Assembly: GCA_035934015.1 (NCBI GenBank)
Contig: DASYYH010000007.1
Coordinates: 1,750-65,749 of the forward strand
Length of the DNA: 64,000 bases
Source of the DNA: Candidatus Acidiferrales bacterium
Lineage (GTDB): Bacteria > Acidobacteriota > Terriglobia > Acidiferrales > UBA7541
Direction: 5' to 3'
Shown here: in pieces, positions 7,928-17,521 of the stretch
Position numbering within the stretch: the first letter of the stretch is position 1
Layout of the letters: each line of letters begins with the position of its first letter
Translations under genes and position numbers: made by a program
Notes under the pieces: model-generated
Told to the model about the DNA's origin: nothing
The model's database searches: none
The model's input: only the letters and a program-made list of their open reading frames with translations

Positions 7928-8716
7928 ATGGCGGCAAACGCACAACCCGATTACAGAATTCAGTTGCCGGTCTATGAAGGGCCGCTCGATTTGCTGCTGG
8001 ATCTGGTGCGCAAGCAGGAAATCGACATCCACAACATTCCCATCGCGAAAATCACGAAGCAGTATCTCGATTACCTGCATCAGCTGGAAAAACTGAATGT
8101 GGATATTTCCGCGGACTTTCTCTACATGGCGGCGACTCTGATTCATATCAAATCGAAGATGCTGCTGCCGGTGGACCCGCTCGCGCCGGCCGAAGAGCAG
8201 GGCGACCCGCGCGAGGAATTGGTGCATCGTCTGCTGGAGCACGAGAAATTCAAAAATGCGGCGCAGATGCTCTACGAGAAGCAACAGCTCGAAGCGCACG
8301 TGTGGTCGCATCCGGATCTTTCGCTTTACGAAGGCGAAGAGACGGAAGGCGAACTGGTTGTTTCGCTCGTGGATCTGGTGAAAGTGTTTCAGCAGGTGCT
8401 CGAACGGCGGCGGGAAGTCGCGAAAGTCGAGCTGACGCACGAAACCGTGACCGTGGCGCAGATGATGGAGCAATTGCGCGAGCGGCTGCTGACGAATGAC
8501 GAAGCGGTGTCGCTGACGGAGTTTTTCGAAGCTTGCCCGTCGCGGCGTGCGATGATTGTGGCGCTGCTGGCGGTGCTCGAACTGGTGAGGCTGCAAGCGG
8601 TGGCGCTGGTGCAGGAGAAAATGTTCGGCGACGTGATGCTGCGGAAGCACAAAAGGTTCGAAATCACGTTTGAAGGCGGCGAGGCGATCGCGAAGATTGA
8701 CGAAGAATATTTGTGA
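7928..8716 (+). CDS. scpA: Segregation and condensation protein A
   Basis: YRIQLPVYEGPLDLLLDLVRKQEIDIHNIPIAKIT is the canonical ScpA N-terminus. ATG 7928 is preferred over the upstream alternative start at 7862. Confidence 0.9.
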   Translation: MAANAQPDYRIQLPVYEGPLDLLLDLVRKQEIDIHNIPIAKITKQYLDYLHQLEKLNVDISADFLYMAATLIHIKSKMLLPVDPLAPAEEQGDPREELVHRLLEHEKFKNAAQMLYEKQQLEAHVWSHPDLSLYEGEETEGELVVSLVDLVKVFQQVLERRREVAKVELTHETVTVAQMMEQLRERLLTNDEAVSLTEFFEACPSRRAMIVALLAVLELVRLQAVALVQEKMFGDVMLRKHKRFEITFEGGEAIAKIDEEYL

Positions 8717-8804
8717 GAAGGCGACGGAAGGCCTCACGTCAGTTCCGGCATAGGACGCCGGAACGGGGCGTGAGCTACAAGGGACGCAAAGGGCGAGAGA
8801 AAAT

Positions 8805-9542
8805 ATGACGGAACAGGAATTGATGAGCGCACTGGAAGCGATCATTTACGCGGCGGACGAGCCAGCAACGCTGGAGCAGATCGTCGCCGCGGTGGGCGGA
8901 GAGAAGGCGGAGGTGCGCGCGGCGCTCGATAAGCTCGTCGCGTCGTACGCGCCGGATGAACGCGGCATCGAAATTCGCAAAGTGGCGAGCGGCTGGAAGA
9001 TGTATACGAAGGCGCAGCACCACGATGCGGTGCGACGATTCATCAAGGGACTGCGGCCGCCGCTACGGCTGACGATTCCGGCGCTCGAAACGCTTTCGGT
9101 GATCGCGTACAAGCAGCCGGCGACGCTGCCGGAGATCAACGAAATCCGCGGCGTGAACTGCGGCGGCGTCGTGAAGACGCTGCTTGAACGGCGGCTGATC
9201 ACGACGGCGGGGCGCAAAGACGCGGTCGGGCGGCCAATTTTGTATCGCACATCAAAGGATTTCCTGATGCGCTTCGGACTTGCGGATTTGGATGAGCTGC
9301 CGAGCTTGAAGGAGTTTGAGCAACTGGCGCAGGCGGCGCTGGGCGCGGATGAAGGAATTGCGCCGACGGAGCCGGAGGAAACGGTTCAGGGCAATGGCGA
9401 GGAAATGGCGGCATCTGTGAAACCGACAACCGAAAGTGACGCGACGGAAGGAAACATGACACAGATTGCGCCACAGGAAAGTCTGTCCGCGGAGCAAGAC
9501 TTGCCGGATAGCGAAGGTCAAAGTAAGGCCGCAGGCGCATAA
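8805..9542 (+). CDS. scpB: Segregation and condensation protein B
   Basis: LEAIIYAADEPATLEQI and winged-helix repeats. The acidic C-terminal tail is lineage-specific. It directly follows scpA. Confidence 0.9.
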   Translation: MTEQELMSALEAIIYAADEPATLEQIVAAVGGEKAEVRAALDKLVASYAPDERGIEIRKVASGWKMYTKAQHHDAVRRFIKGLRPPLRLTIPALETLSVIAYKQPATLPEINEIRGVNCGGVVKTLLERRLITTAGRKDAVGRPILYRTSKDFLMRFGLADLDELPSLKEFEQLAQAALGADEGIAPTEPEETVQGNGEEMAASVKPTTESDATEGNMTQIAPQESLSAEQDLPDSEGQSKAAGA

Positions 9543-9574
9543 AGTATCTCCACGAACCGGATGAACGAAATTCC

Positions 9575-10393
9575 ATGGAAGAGCGACTACAGAAAATTAT
9601 TGCGCGTGCGGGCATCGCTTCGCGGCGAAATGCGGAGGAGCTGATTTCGTCGGGTCAGGTGGCGGTGAATGGACGCGTGGTGACCGAACTCGGCACGAAA
9701 GCGGATGCGGGGCGGGATCATATCCGCGTGGCAGGCAAATTGTTGCGGCCTGCCGGAGCGAAGGTTTACATCGCGCTGAATAAGCCTGACAGCGTCGTGG
9801 CCACGATGCGCGACCCGGAGGGCCGGCGAACAATCGCGGATTTTGTGCGTGGCGTGCCGGGGCGCGTTTTTCCCGTGGGACGACTGGAGTATCACGCATC
9901 CGGATTGCTGCTGCTGACGAATGACGGCGAACTGGCGAATCGCGTGATGCGCGCGCACGCTCTGCCGCAGATTTATCTGTGCAAGACTTCGGGCACACCA
10001 AGCGAATCCGAGATTCGCGACGCGGAGCGGGCGGGGCGTGCAAAAATGGAGCGCGCCAAGGGATTGCCGGGCGGATGGTGGCAAGTAACGCTTTCGGGAG
10101 CTACGAAGGACCAATTCCGGCAAGCACTGATGGCGAGCGGGCATGCGGTCGATAAAATGAAACGCATTGCCATCGGATATCTGGAAATGGGACCGCTCGC
10201 GCCCGGGCAATACAGGCATTTGACGAACGAAGAAGTGGGCGAGCTCGAGCGCGCGCTCGCGCGGGCGGAGCGTCACGCGGATGCTTCAAAAGAAACAGAG
10301 AGCGGGAGACGACCGGCGCCAAGAGCAAAGTCACGAAGTTTCCACGCGCGAAAGCGAAGCCAGTCAGCGAGGGAACGATTTCCGAGGCGCTAA
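9575..10393 (+). CDS. rluB: Pseudouridine synthase, RluB/RsuA family
   Basis: N-terminal S4 domain RLQKIIARAGIASRRNAEELISSGQVAVNG and catalytic GRLEYHASGLLLLTNDG. Basic C-terminal tail. Confidence 0.85.
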   Translation: MEERLQKIIARAGIASRRNAEELISSGQVAVNGRVVTELGTKADAGRDHIRVAGKLLRPAGAKVYIALNKPDSVVATMRDPEGRRTIADFVRGVPGRVFPVGRLEYHASGLLLLTNDGELANRVMRAHALPQIYLCKTSGTPSESEIRDAERAGRAKMERAKGLPGGWWQVTLSGATKDQFRQALMASGHAVDKMKRIAIGYLEMGPLAPGQYRHLTNEEVGELERALARAERHADASKETESGRRPAPRAKSRSFHARKRSQSARERFPRR

Positions 10394-10401
10394 CATTTGA
10401 G

Positions 10402-11520
10402 ATGAAAAATACCCCGCATAACGGCATACCGCAGTACATCCAAGAAATTGATCCCTACATACCCGGCAAACCGATCGAGGAAGTCGAGCGCCAATTGGGC
10501 ATGCGCGCGGTAAAACTGGCGTCGAATGAAAATCCGCTGGGACCGTCACCGATGGGTGTGGCAGCGGCGAAGAAGGCGTTTGGCGAAGCGCATCGGTATC
10601 CCGACGGCGGGAGCCACTATTTGCGCGAAGCGCTGGCGAAACGACTGGATGTGGCGCAGGAGAACATCATCATCGGGAGCGGGTCGACGGATTTGATTCA
10701 TCTGGCGGCGTCGGCGCTGCTGGGGCCGGGCGAAAGCGCGGTCACGTCGGAGGGATCCTTTCCGCTGTACTACATCGCAATCGAGAAGATGGGCGCGAAG
10801 CTCATCATGACGTCGCTGAAGGAATATGGATTCGATCTGGACGCGATTCTGCGCGCCATCGAGCTGGAAACGAAAATAATTTACATAGCGAATCCGAATA
10901 ATCCGACGGGAACGGTGTTTGACGCAGATATGTTCGAGGAATTTTTCGCGCAGGTGCCCGAGCGCGTTCTGGTGGTGCTGGACGAAGCGTATTACGAATA
11001 TGTCTCCGTGCCGAACTATTCGCGATCGCTGGACTTGGTGCGCGGCGGGAAAAACATCCTGGTGCTTAGGACGTTTTCGAAAGTGTATGGTTTGGCGGGA
11101 TTGCGCGTGGGATACGGAATCGGTCCGGCGGAGCTCCTTCACGAAATCGATAAGATACGGCTGCCATTTCCGGTGTCCGGAGTTGCGCAAGCTGCGGCGC
11201 TCGCGGCGCTGGAGGACGATGAACATGTGTGCAAGTCGCTCGAGGCGAACCGCCTGGGGCTTGAGCAATTGGAAAATGGAATGCGTGCGCTCGGTGTGAA
11301 GTTCGTGCCGTCGGTGGCGAATTTCATTCTGGTGGAAGTAGGCGGCAATGCCGACGCGCTGGCACAGGAGATGCTGAAATTGGGAGTGATCGTTCGACCG
11401 ATGGCGTGGATGGGATTTCCGAATGCGATTCGAGTGAGCGTGGGAACGGCAGAGGAAAATGACAAGTTTTTGCGCGCCTTGAGCGAAGTGCGCGTGCCCG
11501 CGGAGCGAGCCAGAGGCTAG
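10402..11520 (+). CDS. hisC: Histidinol-phosphate aminotransferase
   Basis: LASNENPLGPSP, NPNNPTG, and the PLP-lysine motif RTFSKVYGLAGLRVGY. Confidence 0.9.
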   Translation: MKNTPHNGIPQYIQEIDPYIPGKPIEEVERQLGMRAVKLASNENPLGPSPMGVAAAKKAFGEAHRYPDGGSHYLREALAKRLDVAQENIIIGSGSTDLIHLAASALLGPGESAVTSEGSFPLYYIAIEKMGAKLIMTSLKEYGFDLDAILRAIELETKIIYIANPNNPTGTVFDADMFEEFFAQVPERVLVVLDEAYYEYVSVPNYSRSLDLVRGGKNILVLRTFSKVYGLAGLRVGYGIGPAELLHEIDKIRLPFPVSGVAQAAALAALEDDEHVCKSLEANRLGLEQLENGMRALGVKFVPSVANFILVEVGGNADALAQEMLKLGVIVRPMAWMGFPNAIRVSVGTAEENDKFLRALSEVRVPAERARG

Positions 11521-11579
11521 AATGCAGAGCCATAGCAACTCGGAACTCGAAAATTGATGAGCACAGAAAAAACGAGCGA

Positions 11580-11993
11580 ATGACGACGGAGACCAAAGAG
11601 GACAAGATCGGGCAGCTGCTGGAAACGAGCCGGACGATTGCCGTCGTCGGGCTTTCGTCGAGCAGAATGCGGCCAAGCTATGGCGTCGCAGAGTATATGC
11701 AGGGAGCGGGATACAAGATTATTCCCGTGAATCCAAACGAGACGGAAGTGCTAGGAGTGAAGGCGGCCAAGCGGCTCGAAGATATTCGCGAGAAAGTGGA
11801 CATTGTGGACGTCTTCCGGCGTCCGGAGTTTGTGCCGGAGGTTGTGGAAAGCGCGATCAAGATTGGTGCAAAATGCGTTTGGATGCAGGAAGGGGTGGTG
11901 AACGAACAGGCCGCGCGCCGAGCACGCGAGGCGGGAATTTTTGTCGTGATGGATCGCTGCATTTTGAAAGAACATGCGAAGCGATTCCACTGA
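11580..11993 (+). CDS. CoA-binding domain protein (YccU/YneT-like)
   Basis: TIAVVGLSSSRMRPSYGVAEYMQGAGYKIIPVNP and DIVDVFRRPE are typical of the small CoA-binding family. Confidence 0.8.
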   Translation: MTTETKEDKIGQLLETSRTIAVVGLSSSRMRPSYGVAEYMQGAGYKIIPVNPNETEVLGVKAAKRLEDIREKVDIVDVFRRPEFVPEVVESAIKIGAKCVWMQEGVVNEQAARRAREAGIFVVMDRCILKEHAKRFH

Positions 11994-12003
11994 AGGTAAG
12001 GGT

Positions 12004-13638
12004 ATGAAGCATAGATCGCTACGAACATCTGTTTATTCCTGGACGATAACATCTGCCGCGCTGATTGCATGCCTGTTCTCGGTTGCTGGCGCTACTACGC
12101 CGAATGATGACAAGGCAGAAGGGAATCGCTGGTGGAACGACGTGAAATATCTGGCCTCGGACGACTTGAAGGGCAGGGGAACTGGTAGCGCGGGATATCA
12201 GGACGCGGCCGGATACGTGGCGGACAAATTCTATGCGGACGGGCTCAAGGAAGCCGGGACGATTAGATATTTTCAGCCCGTGCAATTCGAGTCGCGGCAA
12301 GTCGATGAGGGACACTCATCGGTTGAGCTGGTTGGGGGTTCGAACACGACGCAACTAACGCTGGGCAACGAGGTAATTCTGCGCGCGGGGGGCGACCCGG
12401 CGCCTAAGCTCGATGCCGGAATGGTGTTCGTTGGATACGGGATGAAAGTTCCGGAAGCGAATTACGACGATCTGGCGGGACTGGATCTGAAAGGGAAAAT
12501 CGCCGTGTACCTGACAGGCGGGCCTTCGACGATCAAAGACCCGCTGCGAGCGCATGAGGAATCGCTCGGAGAACGATGGAAAGCGCTGAAGGAGGCGGGC
12601 GCGATCGGGATTGCAGTGATTCCCAATCCAGCAGAGCAGGAAATTGCATGGAACAGGATTGCCGACAATCGGCTGCTGGCGTCACTGGAGCTGGCTGACG
12701 CAAAGCTTCGCCGCGATCGGGGAATCCAAATCGAACTGACGATCAATCCGGACGACGCGGATGAATTTCTCGCCGGTTCGAGCCACACGATGGCGGAAAT
12801 CCTGGAGCTAGCGAAAGCGCACCAGCCGCTGCCAAAGTTTCCGTTGAAGGGAGAGATTCGAGCGGCAATCGCGTTGATCCAGAAGCCGGTCGAATCGCCA
12901 AACGTGGCGGGAGTGCTGGAAGGTTCGGATGCGGTGCTCAAGGGAGAATATGTCGTCGTCAGCGCGCATCTGGATCATCTGGGCGTGGGAGCGCCAGTGA
13001 ACGGCGATGACATCTACAACGGAGCGATGGACAATGCCGCAGGCGTCGCGGCACTGATCCAGATTGCCAACGATTTCAAGAAGTCAGGGACGAAGCCGAA
13101 ACGGTCGATTTTATTTCTTGCGGTGTGCGGCGAAGAAGAAGGCGAGCTGGGCTCTTGGTATTTCGCGAATCATCCGACTGTGCCAGCGAAAGACATCGTG
13201 GCGGACATCAACATGGATATGTTTTTGCCGCTGTTCCCGCTGCAGTACCTTCAGGTGCAGGGGCTCGATGAATCGACGCTCGGCGATGACATTCGGGCCG
13301 CTGGAAAAGAAGAGGGCGTGGACGTGATTGAAGACGAGCAGCCAGAGGCCAATCGCTTCATTCGCAGCGATCAGTACAGCTTCATTCAAAGAGGCATTCC
13401 GGCGCTGGCCTTCAAGTTCGGATACGTGAAAGGCTCACCGCAAGAGAAGATTTTCAACGATTGGGTTCACACGCACTATCACCAACCTTCCGACGATACC
13501 AACCAAAAAGTGGACCAGGAAGCGGCGGGGAAGTTCTGCCACTTGCTGTATCTGCTGGCGGATCGCACGGCAGATGACGCAGCGCGGCCATCGTGGGAGC
13601 CAACAAGCTTCTTCCGGCGATTTGCGCAAAACCAATAG
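12004..13638 (+). CDS. Secreted M28-family metallopeptidase with PA domain
   Basis: Signal peptide from MKHRSL. Metal-ligand motifs VVVSAHLDHLG, NGAMDNAAGVA, LAVCGEEEGELGS and HTHYHQPSD. Confidence 0.85.
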   Translation: MKHRSLRTSVYSWTITSAALIACLFSVAGATTPNDDKAEGNRWWNDVKYLASDDLKGRGTGSAGYQDAAGYVADKFYADGLKEAGTIRYFQPVQFESRQVDEGHSSVELVGGSNTTQLTLGNEVILRAGGDPAPKLDAGMVFVGYGMKVPEANYDDLAGLDLKGKIAVYLTGGPSTIKDPLRAHEESLGERWKALKEAGAIGIAVIPNPAEQEIAWNRIADNRLLASLELADAKLRRDRGIQIELTINPDDADEFLAGSSHTMAEILELAKAHQPLPKFPLKGEIRAAIALIQKPVESPNVAGVLEGSDAVLKGEYVVVSAHLDHLGVGAPVNGDDIYNGAMDNAAGVAALIQIANDFKKSGTKPKRSILFLAVCGEEEGELGSWYFANHPTVPAKDIVADINMDMFLPLFPLQYLQVQGLDESTLGDDIRAAGKEEGVDVIEDEQPEANRFIRSDQYSFIQRGIPALAFKFGYVKGSPQEKIFNDWVHTHYHQPSDDTNQKVDQEAAGKFCHLLYLLADRTADDAARPSWEPTSFFRRFAQNQ

Positions 13639-13657
13639 AACCGCAGAAGACCAGCTT

Positions 13658-14803
13658 TCATTGCAGAGGGAAAACAAAGACGTGGTTGCTCCCCGGCTGC
13701 ATGACGGCGACGGTGTGTGTCGAAACAGAGACGGCAAAACGAACGTAAACATTATCGTGCAAGATGGGGGTGAGATCACCGCTAGGGATAGAAAGCCAGA
13801 CAATATCGCCGGCATTTTTTTCGGGTCCGCGCTTGAGGAGAATTCTGCGTTCGTCAGGGCTCCAGGCGATGGTGCCGTAAGCGCAGTGCACAGTCGTGGC
13901 GATTTGGGGGTTCGCGAGCGAGCGGATTTCGAGCGTGTCGCCATCGCGGAAATAAGCAACCTTGTCGGCGTCAGGGGAAAGTGTGAGCTGGCCGAGATAG
14001 CCTTGCAATGTGGCAATGGGCTGGTCAGTCCCGCGAAGAAGATCGATTCGTGAAAGCTTGATTGCGCCGGTGAACTGCTGGTCGCGCTCGACGGCGATCG
14101 CAGAATTGTGCTGAGCATCCCAGGCGACGGACGTGAAATAGTGATCCTTCAAAATTATGTCGCCGGCGCCTTTGCTGGGATGAATGATGCCGATGTGGTA
14201 GAGCAAATCGGATTCATCGCTCGAAACAAGATAGGCGACAGTGTCGCCATCGGCGAGCCAGTTGGCCTGTTTGCCGTCCTCGATGACGCTGGTGTGCGTG
14301 CCGAAGACGGGGATCTCTTTTCCTTCATCGGTCATCAAGTCGACCAGTTCGCTCTCGTTCGTTGTGCCTTGCTGATCCACGACCTGAGCGATGGTCATTT
14401 GTACGGTGAGTTTCGTTGCATCGGGCGAATACGCCAGGCGGCGGATCATGAAGCTGAAGGGCGTGGTTGTCTTAACCAGCGTTTCGCCGTCGACGATGCG
14501 TTTGCGTTTGCCATTGAGCGTCACGGTCCAAATGTCGTCGCGCTCGATTTCGTAATGTTGAAAATGGAGTTTGTGAAATACGGCGCAAGCGACCGTTCCA
14601 TCCACGGAAATGGCAAAAGCGCGGCAATCGAGATCGATGGAAGAGAGAGGCTTATCCTGAGCGCGAGACGGCGAGACGCCCGCGAAAAGCAGAACTAGAG
14701 CCGCAACCGACCAAACGAGCCAGCGGCAGAAACGATTTGCGGATTTGCCTTCAGTTCCGCGCGGATTTGTTTTCTCTGGGTGGTCTGTCAATTCTATTTT
14801 CAC
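13658..14803 (-). CDS. Secreted TolB-like beta-propeller repeat protein
   Basis: Signal-anchor WLVWSVAALVLLFAGVSPSRAQ. Repeated (A/L)xSPDxxK motifs (LAYSPDATKL, LTLSPDADKV, IAWSPDERRI). The GTG start overlaps the rarA stop (GTGA). Confidence 0.65.
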   Translation of the reverse strand: MKIELTDHPEKTNPRGTEGKSANRFCRWLVWSVAALVLLFAGVSPSRAQDKPLSSIDLDCRAFAISVDGTVACAVFHKLHFQHYEIERDDIWTVTLNGKRKRIVDGETLVKTTTPFSFMIRRLAYSPDATKLTVQMTIAQVVDQQGTTNESELVDLMTDEGKEIPVFGTHTSVIEDGKQANWLADGDTVAYLVSSDESDLLYHIGIIHPSKGAGDIILKDHYFTSVAWDAQHNSAIAVERDQQFTGAIKLSRIDLLRGTDQPIATLQGYLGQLTLSPDADKVAYFRDGDTLEIRSLANPQIATTVHCAYGTIAWSPDERRILLKRGPEKNAGDIVWLSIPSGDLTPILHDNVYVRFAVSVSTHTVAVMQPGSNHVFVFPLQ

Positions 14804-16233
14804 TCGTCTTTCTTCATGTGGGACTTGGTATCGGTCTTTTTGGTTCCGTCCTTCTTCGATTCCTTCGGAGGCTTCGATTCCGACGGCTTAGATTGGATGC
14901 GCCGAATCTCTTCGAGGCGCTGGCGAATTGGCGCCTCTAGGCCTTGATCCGTTGGGTGATAGTAGACGCGGCCCCACAAGCTCTCGGGCAGGCAGGTCAT
15001 GTTCGTCAATTTTTCTTCTGTGTCGTGGGCATATTGGTATCCCTTGCCATAGCCGAGATGGCTCATAAGGCCGGTGACGGCATTGCGCAAATGAAGCGGG
15101 ACAGGTTCGGCGATGGTTTTCTGCAAATCGTCACGGACGGAATTATAAGCCGTATAGACGGCATTGGATTTTGGCGCGAGCGAGAGGTAGACGGCGGCCT
15201 CAGCGAGCGCAAGATGACCTTCGGGCACGCCGAGAAAATCGAAAGCGTTCATGGCTGCAAGCGTGATGTGCAGGGCATTGGGATCGGCAAGGCCAATATC
15301 TTCGCTGGCCATGCGCACCATGCGGCGCGCGAGGTAAAGCGGATCTTCGCCGGACTCCAGCATGCGAGCGAGCCAATAGAGTGCTGCATCAGGATCGGAA
15401 TTGCGCACAGACTTGTGCAGCGCAGAAATCAGATTGAAATGCTCTTCGCCAGCTTTGTCATAGAGAAGGAATTTGCGCTGCAAGACGTCGTCGAGGCGTT
15501 CGCGCGTAACCACGCGGCTGCCGTTTGCGGAGGGTTCCGTGCCGAGGACGAGAGACTCAAGCGTGTTGTAAGCGGAACGCGCATCGCCATTGGCGATTTG
15601 TGCGATGCGGTCGAGGATCTCATCGGGGACGTCCACGGCGACTGCGCCCAAGCCGCGTTCTTTATCAGAGAGCGCGCGGCGCAGCAGTGCGAGGATTTGT
15701 TCGCTGGATAGCGCGTGAAGAACGTACACCTTCATGCGCGAAAGGAGGGGCGCGATGACCTCGAAGGATGGATTTTCCGTCGTCGCGCCAATCAAGAGAA
15801 TTGTGCCGGCTTCGACGTAAGGCAGAAACGCGTCCTGCTGCGCTTTGTTGAAGCGGTGAATCTCATCGACGAACACGACCGTGCAGCGGCCATAGCGCCG
15901 GGCACCCTCGGCGGCGGCCATGACTTGCTTGATTTCCTTGATTCCAGACATCACGGCGCTGAAAGGAACGAATTCGGATTGCGTGGTTTTGGCGATCAGG
16001 CGTGCGAGCGTCGTCTTGCCGCAGCCCGGCGGACCCCAAAGGAGCATGGAGACAATTTCATCGCGCTCGATTTGGATGCGCAGCGGTTTGCCCGGTGCGA
16101 GGAGTTCCCCTTGGCCAGCGATTTCGTCGAGTGTGCGCGGACGCATGCGGTCGGCGAGCGGGCGCGATCCCTGCGGGACTTCTTCGGCGTCAATGGTGCG
16201 GAACAGGCTCATTTTCTTGTCTGGGACGCTCAT
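14800..16233 (-). CDS. rarA: Replication-associated recombination protein A (AAA+ ATPase)
   Basis: Walker A GPPGCGKTT, Walker B VVFVDEIHRFNK, and the MgsA C-terminal domain (YDKAGEEHFNLISALHKSVRNSDPDAALYWLARM). Lys-rich tail. Confidence 0.9.
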   Translation of the reverse strand: MSVPDKKMSLFRTIDAEEVPQGSRPLADRMRPRTLDEIAGQGELLAPGKPLRIQIERDEIVSMLLWGPPGCGKTTLARLIAKTTQSEFVPFSAVMSGIKEIKQVMAAAEGARRYGRCTVVFVDEIHRFNKAQQDAFLPYVEAGTILLIGATTENPSFEVIAPLLSRMKVYVLHALSSEQILALLRRALSDKERGLGAVAVDVPDEILDRIAQIANGDARSAYNTLESLVLGTEPSANGSRVVTRERLDDVLQRKFLLYDKAGEEHFNLISALHKSVRNSDPDAALYWLARMLESGEDPLYLARRMVRMASEDIGLADPNALHITLAAMNAFDFLGVPEGHLALAEAAVYLSLAPKSNAVYTAYNSVRDDLQKTIAEPVPLHLRNAVTGLMSHLGYGKGYQYAHDTEEKLTNMTCLPESLWGRVYYHPTDQGLEAPIRQRLEEIRRIQSKPSESKPPKESKKDGTKKTDTKSHMKKDE

Positions 16234-17090
16234 CCGATAGCGCGACGCTGGCGCGCAGCTTCGTAAAGGATCAGCGAGGCAGCGATGGCTGCGTTCAGCG
16301 AATCTACTGGCTCCGCAACTTGGATGCGGATTCGGGCATCCGCGCTGCGTTCGATTTCGGGCGGGAGGCCGGCCCCTTCGTTGCCGATGAGAATTGCCGC
16401 CGGGCCGCGAAGATCGATCTCGTCAGGCCGGCGCGCACCGGAATCACGCGGGGAGGAGGCCGCAAAGATCTTCAGTCCGGAAACGCGAAGCTGGGTCAAA
16501 GCGATGGACGGAGCGAATTCGGAAAGGATGGGGAGACGCAGAGCAGAGCCGGCCGAGGCGCGCAAAGACTTGGGCGAATAGGGGTGTGCAGTTCCGCGCG
16601 TGGCAATCGCCCCCGAGGCGCCGAGCGCTTCGGCGGAACGGAGAATCGTACCGACGTTGCCGGGATCCTGTACGCCAGCGAGAACCACGACGAGCGGGTC
16701 GGGGACAGCTACGAGAGATTCGAATGAAAATTCGCGCAGGCGCAGCAGGGCGGCGATCCCTTGCGGGGTTTCCGTGGCGGTGACGGAATCGAAGAGCCTA
16801 TCCGTGGTGCGCAGAATCAGAGTGGGACGGTCGAGCTCGGAGCGGAGCGATGCGAGATGGCGTTCGGCGGAATCGCTGGCGAGAATGGCTTCGATTTCTA
16901 GGCCGCAGCGAATCGCCTCCGAAACGAGGCGCACACCTTCGAGCGCAATGAATCCGCTTTCAGGACGCGAAGCATGCAGGGCGGCGCGGAAGGTTTTCAG
17001 CCAGTGATTTTCGCGCGACAGGATTTTCGCGGTCTGCGGAGCACGCGACGCTTGAGATTTAGCTGGAGAGCGCAAAGATTGGGTCCGCAT
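16230..17090 (-). CDS. TrmH/SpoU-family RNA 2'-O-methyltransferase
   Basis: VQDPGNVGTILRSAEALG, LIGNEGAGL and VDSLNAAIAASLILYEA. ATG 17090 is chosen because the longer ORF start (17345) would overlap the upstream gene. The stop overlaps the rarA start (ATGA). Confidence 0.8.
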   Translation of the reverse strand: MRTQSLRSPAKSQASRAPQTAKILSRENHWLKTFRAALHASRPESGFIALEGVRLVSEAIRCGLEIEAILASDSAERHLASLRSELDRPTLILRTTDRLFDSVTATETPQGIAALLRLREFSFESLVAVPDPLVVVLAGVQDPGNVGTILRSAEALGASGAIATRGTAHPYSPKSLRASAGSALRLPILSEFAPSIALTQLRVSGLKIFAASSPRDSGARRPDEIDLRGPAAILIGNEGAGLPPEIERSADARIRIQVAEPVDSLNAAIAASLILYEAARQRRAIG

Positions 17091-17161
17091 GGAATGGAGC
17101 CTAACAGAGACCGAGGCCAACGAAAAGTTCCCGAGCGCGAATTCGCGCTTTGCCCCTGACG

Positions 17162-17506
17162 TTATGCGTAGTTGCGGTTTTCGTCGGCGAGCTTCATGCC
17201 ATCGCTGTGGCATTCCGGGTAAAAGCTCAACTGCGTGAATGGGACCGGCGGGCGAATGCCGCCATATTCGCAGACGACGCAGACGCGGCGCTCGGTGGTG
17301 CAGTTTGCGTGTGAACAGCGATAGAGCAACATGCGTCGGCCGCACTTGGGGCAGTTTTGTTCTGGGAGCATGCGGCAGTATTTTTCCGGTTTTCCTTTAA
17401 AAAGGCAAGAGCGGGTTTCCAAGGAAGAAGCGGGCGCAGTGAATTCAACGAGAGTGCACGCTGAAGAAGCGTCGCGGTGGCCCGCAGCGTTCAGCGTGGG
17501 GGCCAC
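17162..17506 (-). CDS. Small Cys-rich zinc-ribbon-like protein
   Basis: CPKCG...C-x5-C...CVVCE...ECH pattern. GTG 17506 sits 15 nt after the upstream stop. The alternative ATG 17371 would give 69 aa, so the start is uncertain. Confidence 0.45.
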   Translation of the reverse strand: MAPTLNAAGHRDASSACTLVEFTAPASSLETRSCLFKGKPEKYCRMLPEQNCPKCGRRMLLYRCSHANCTTERRVCVVCEYGGIRPPVPFTQLSFYPECHSDGMKLADENRNYA

Positions 17507-17521
17507 CGGTGTTGCGCGCTC

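Noticed and set aside
17091-17345. N-terminal extension of the TrmH-family ORF (to 17345). The same applies to the SBP ORF (20763..21038).
   Set aside because: The extensions overlap neighbouring genes on the same strand and add Arg-rich sequence with no homology pattern. Internal starts give normal-length proteins; for the SBP the internal start also gives a proper lipoprotein signal.
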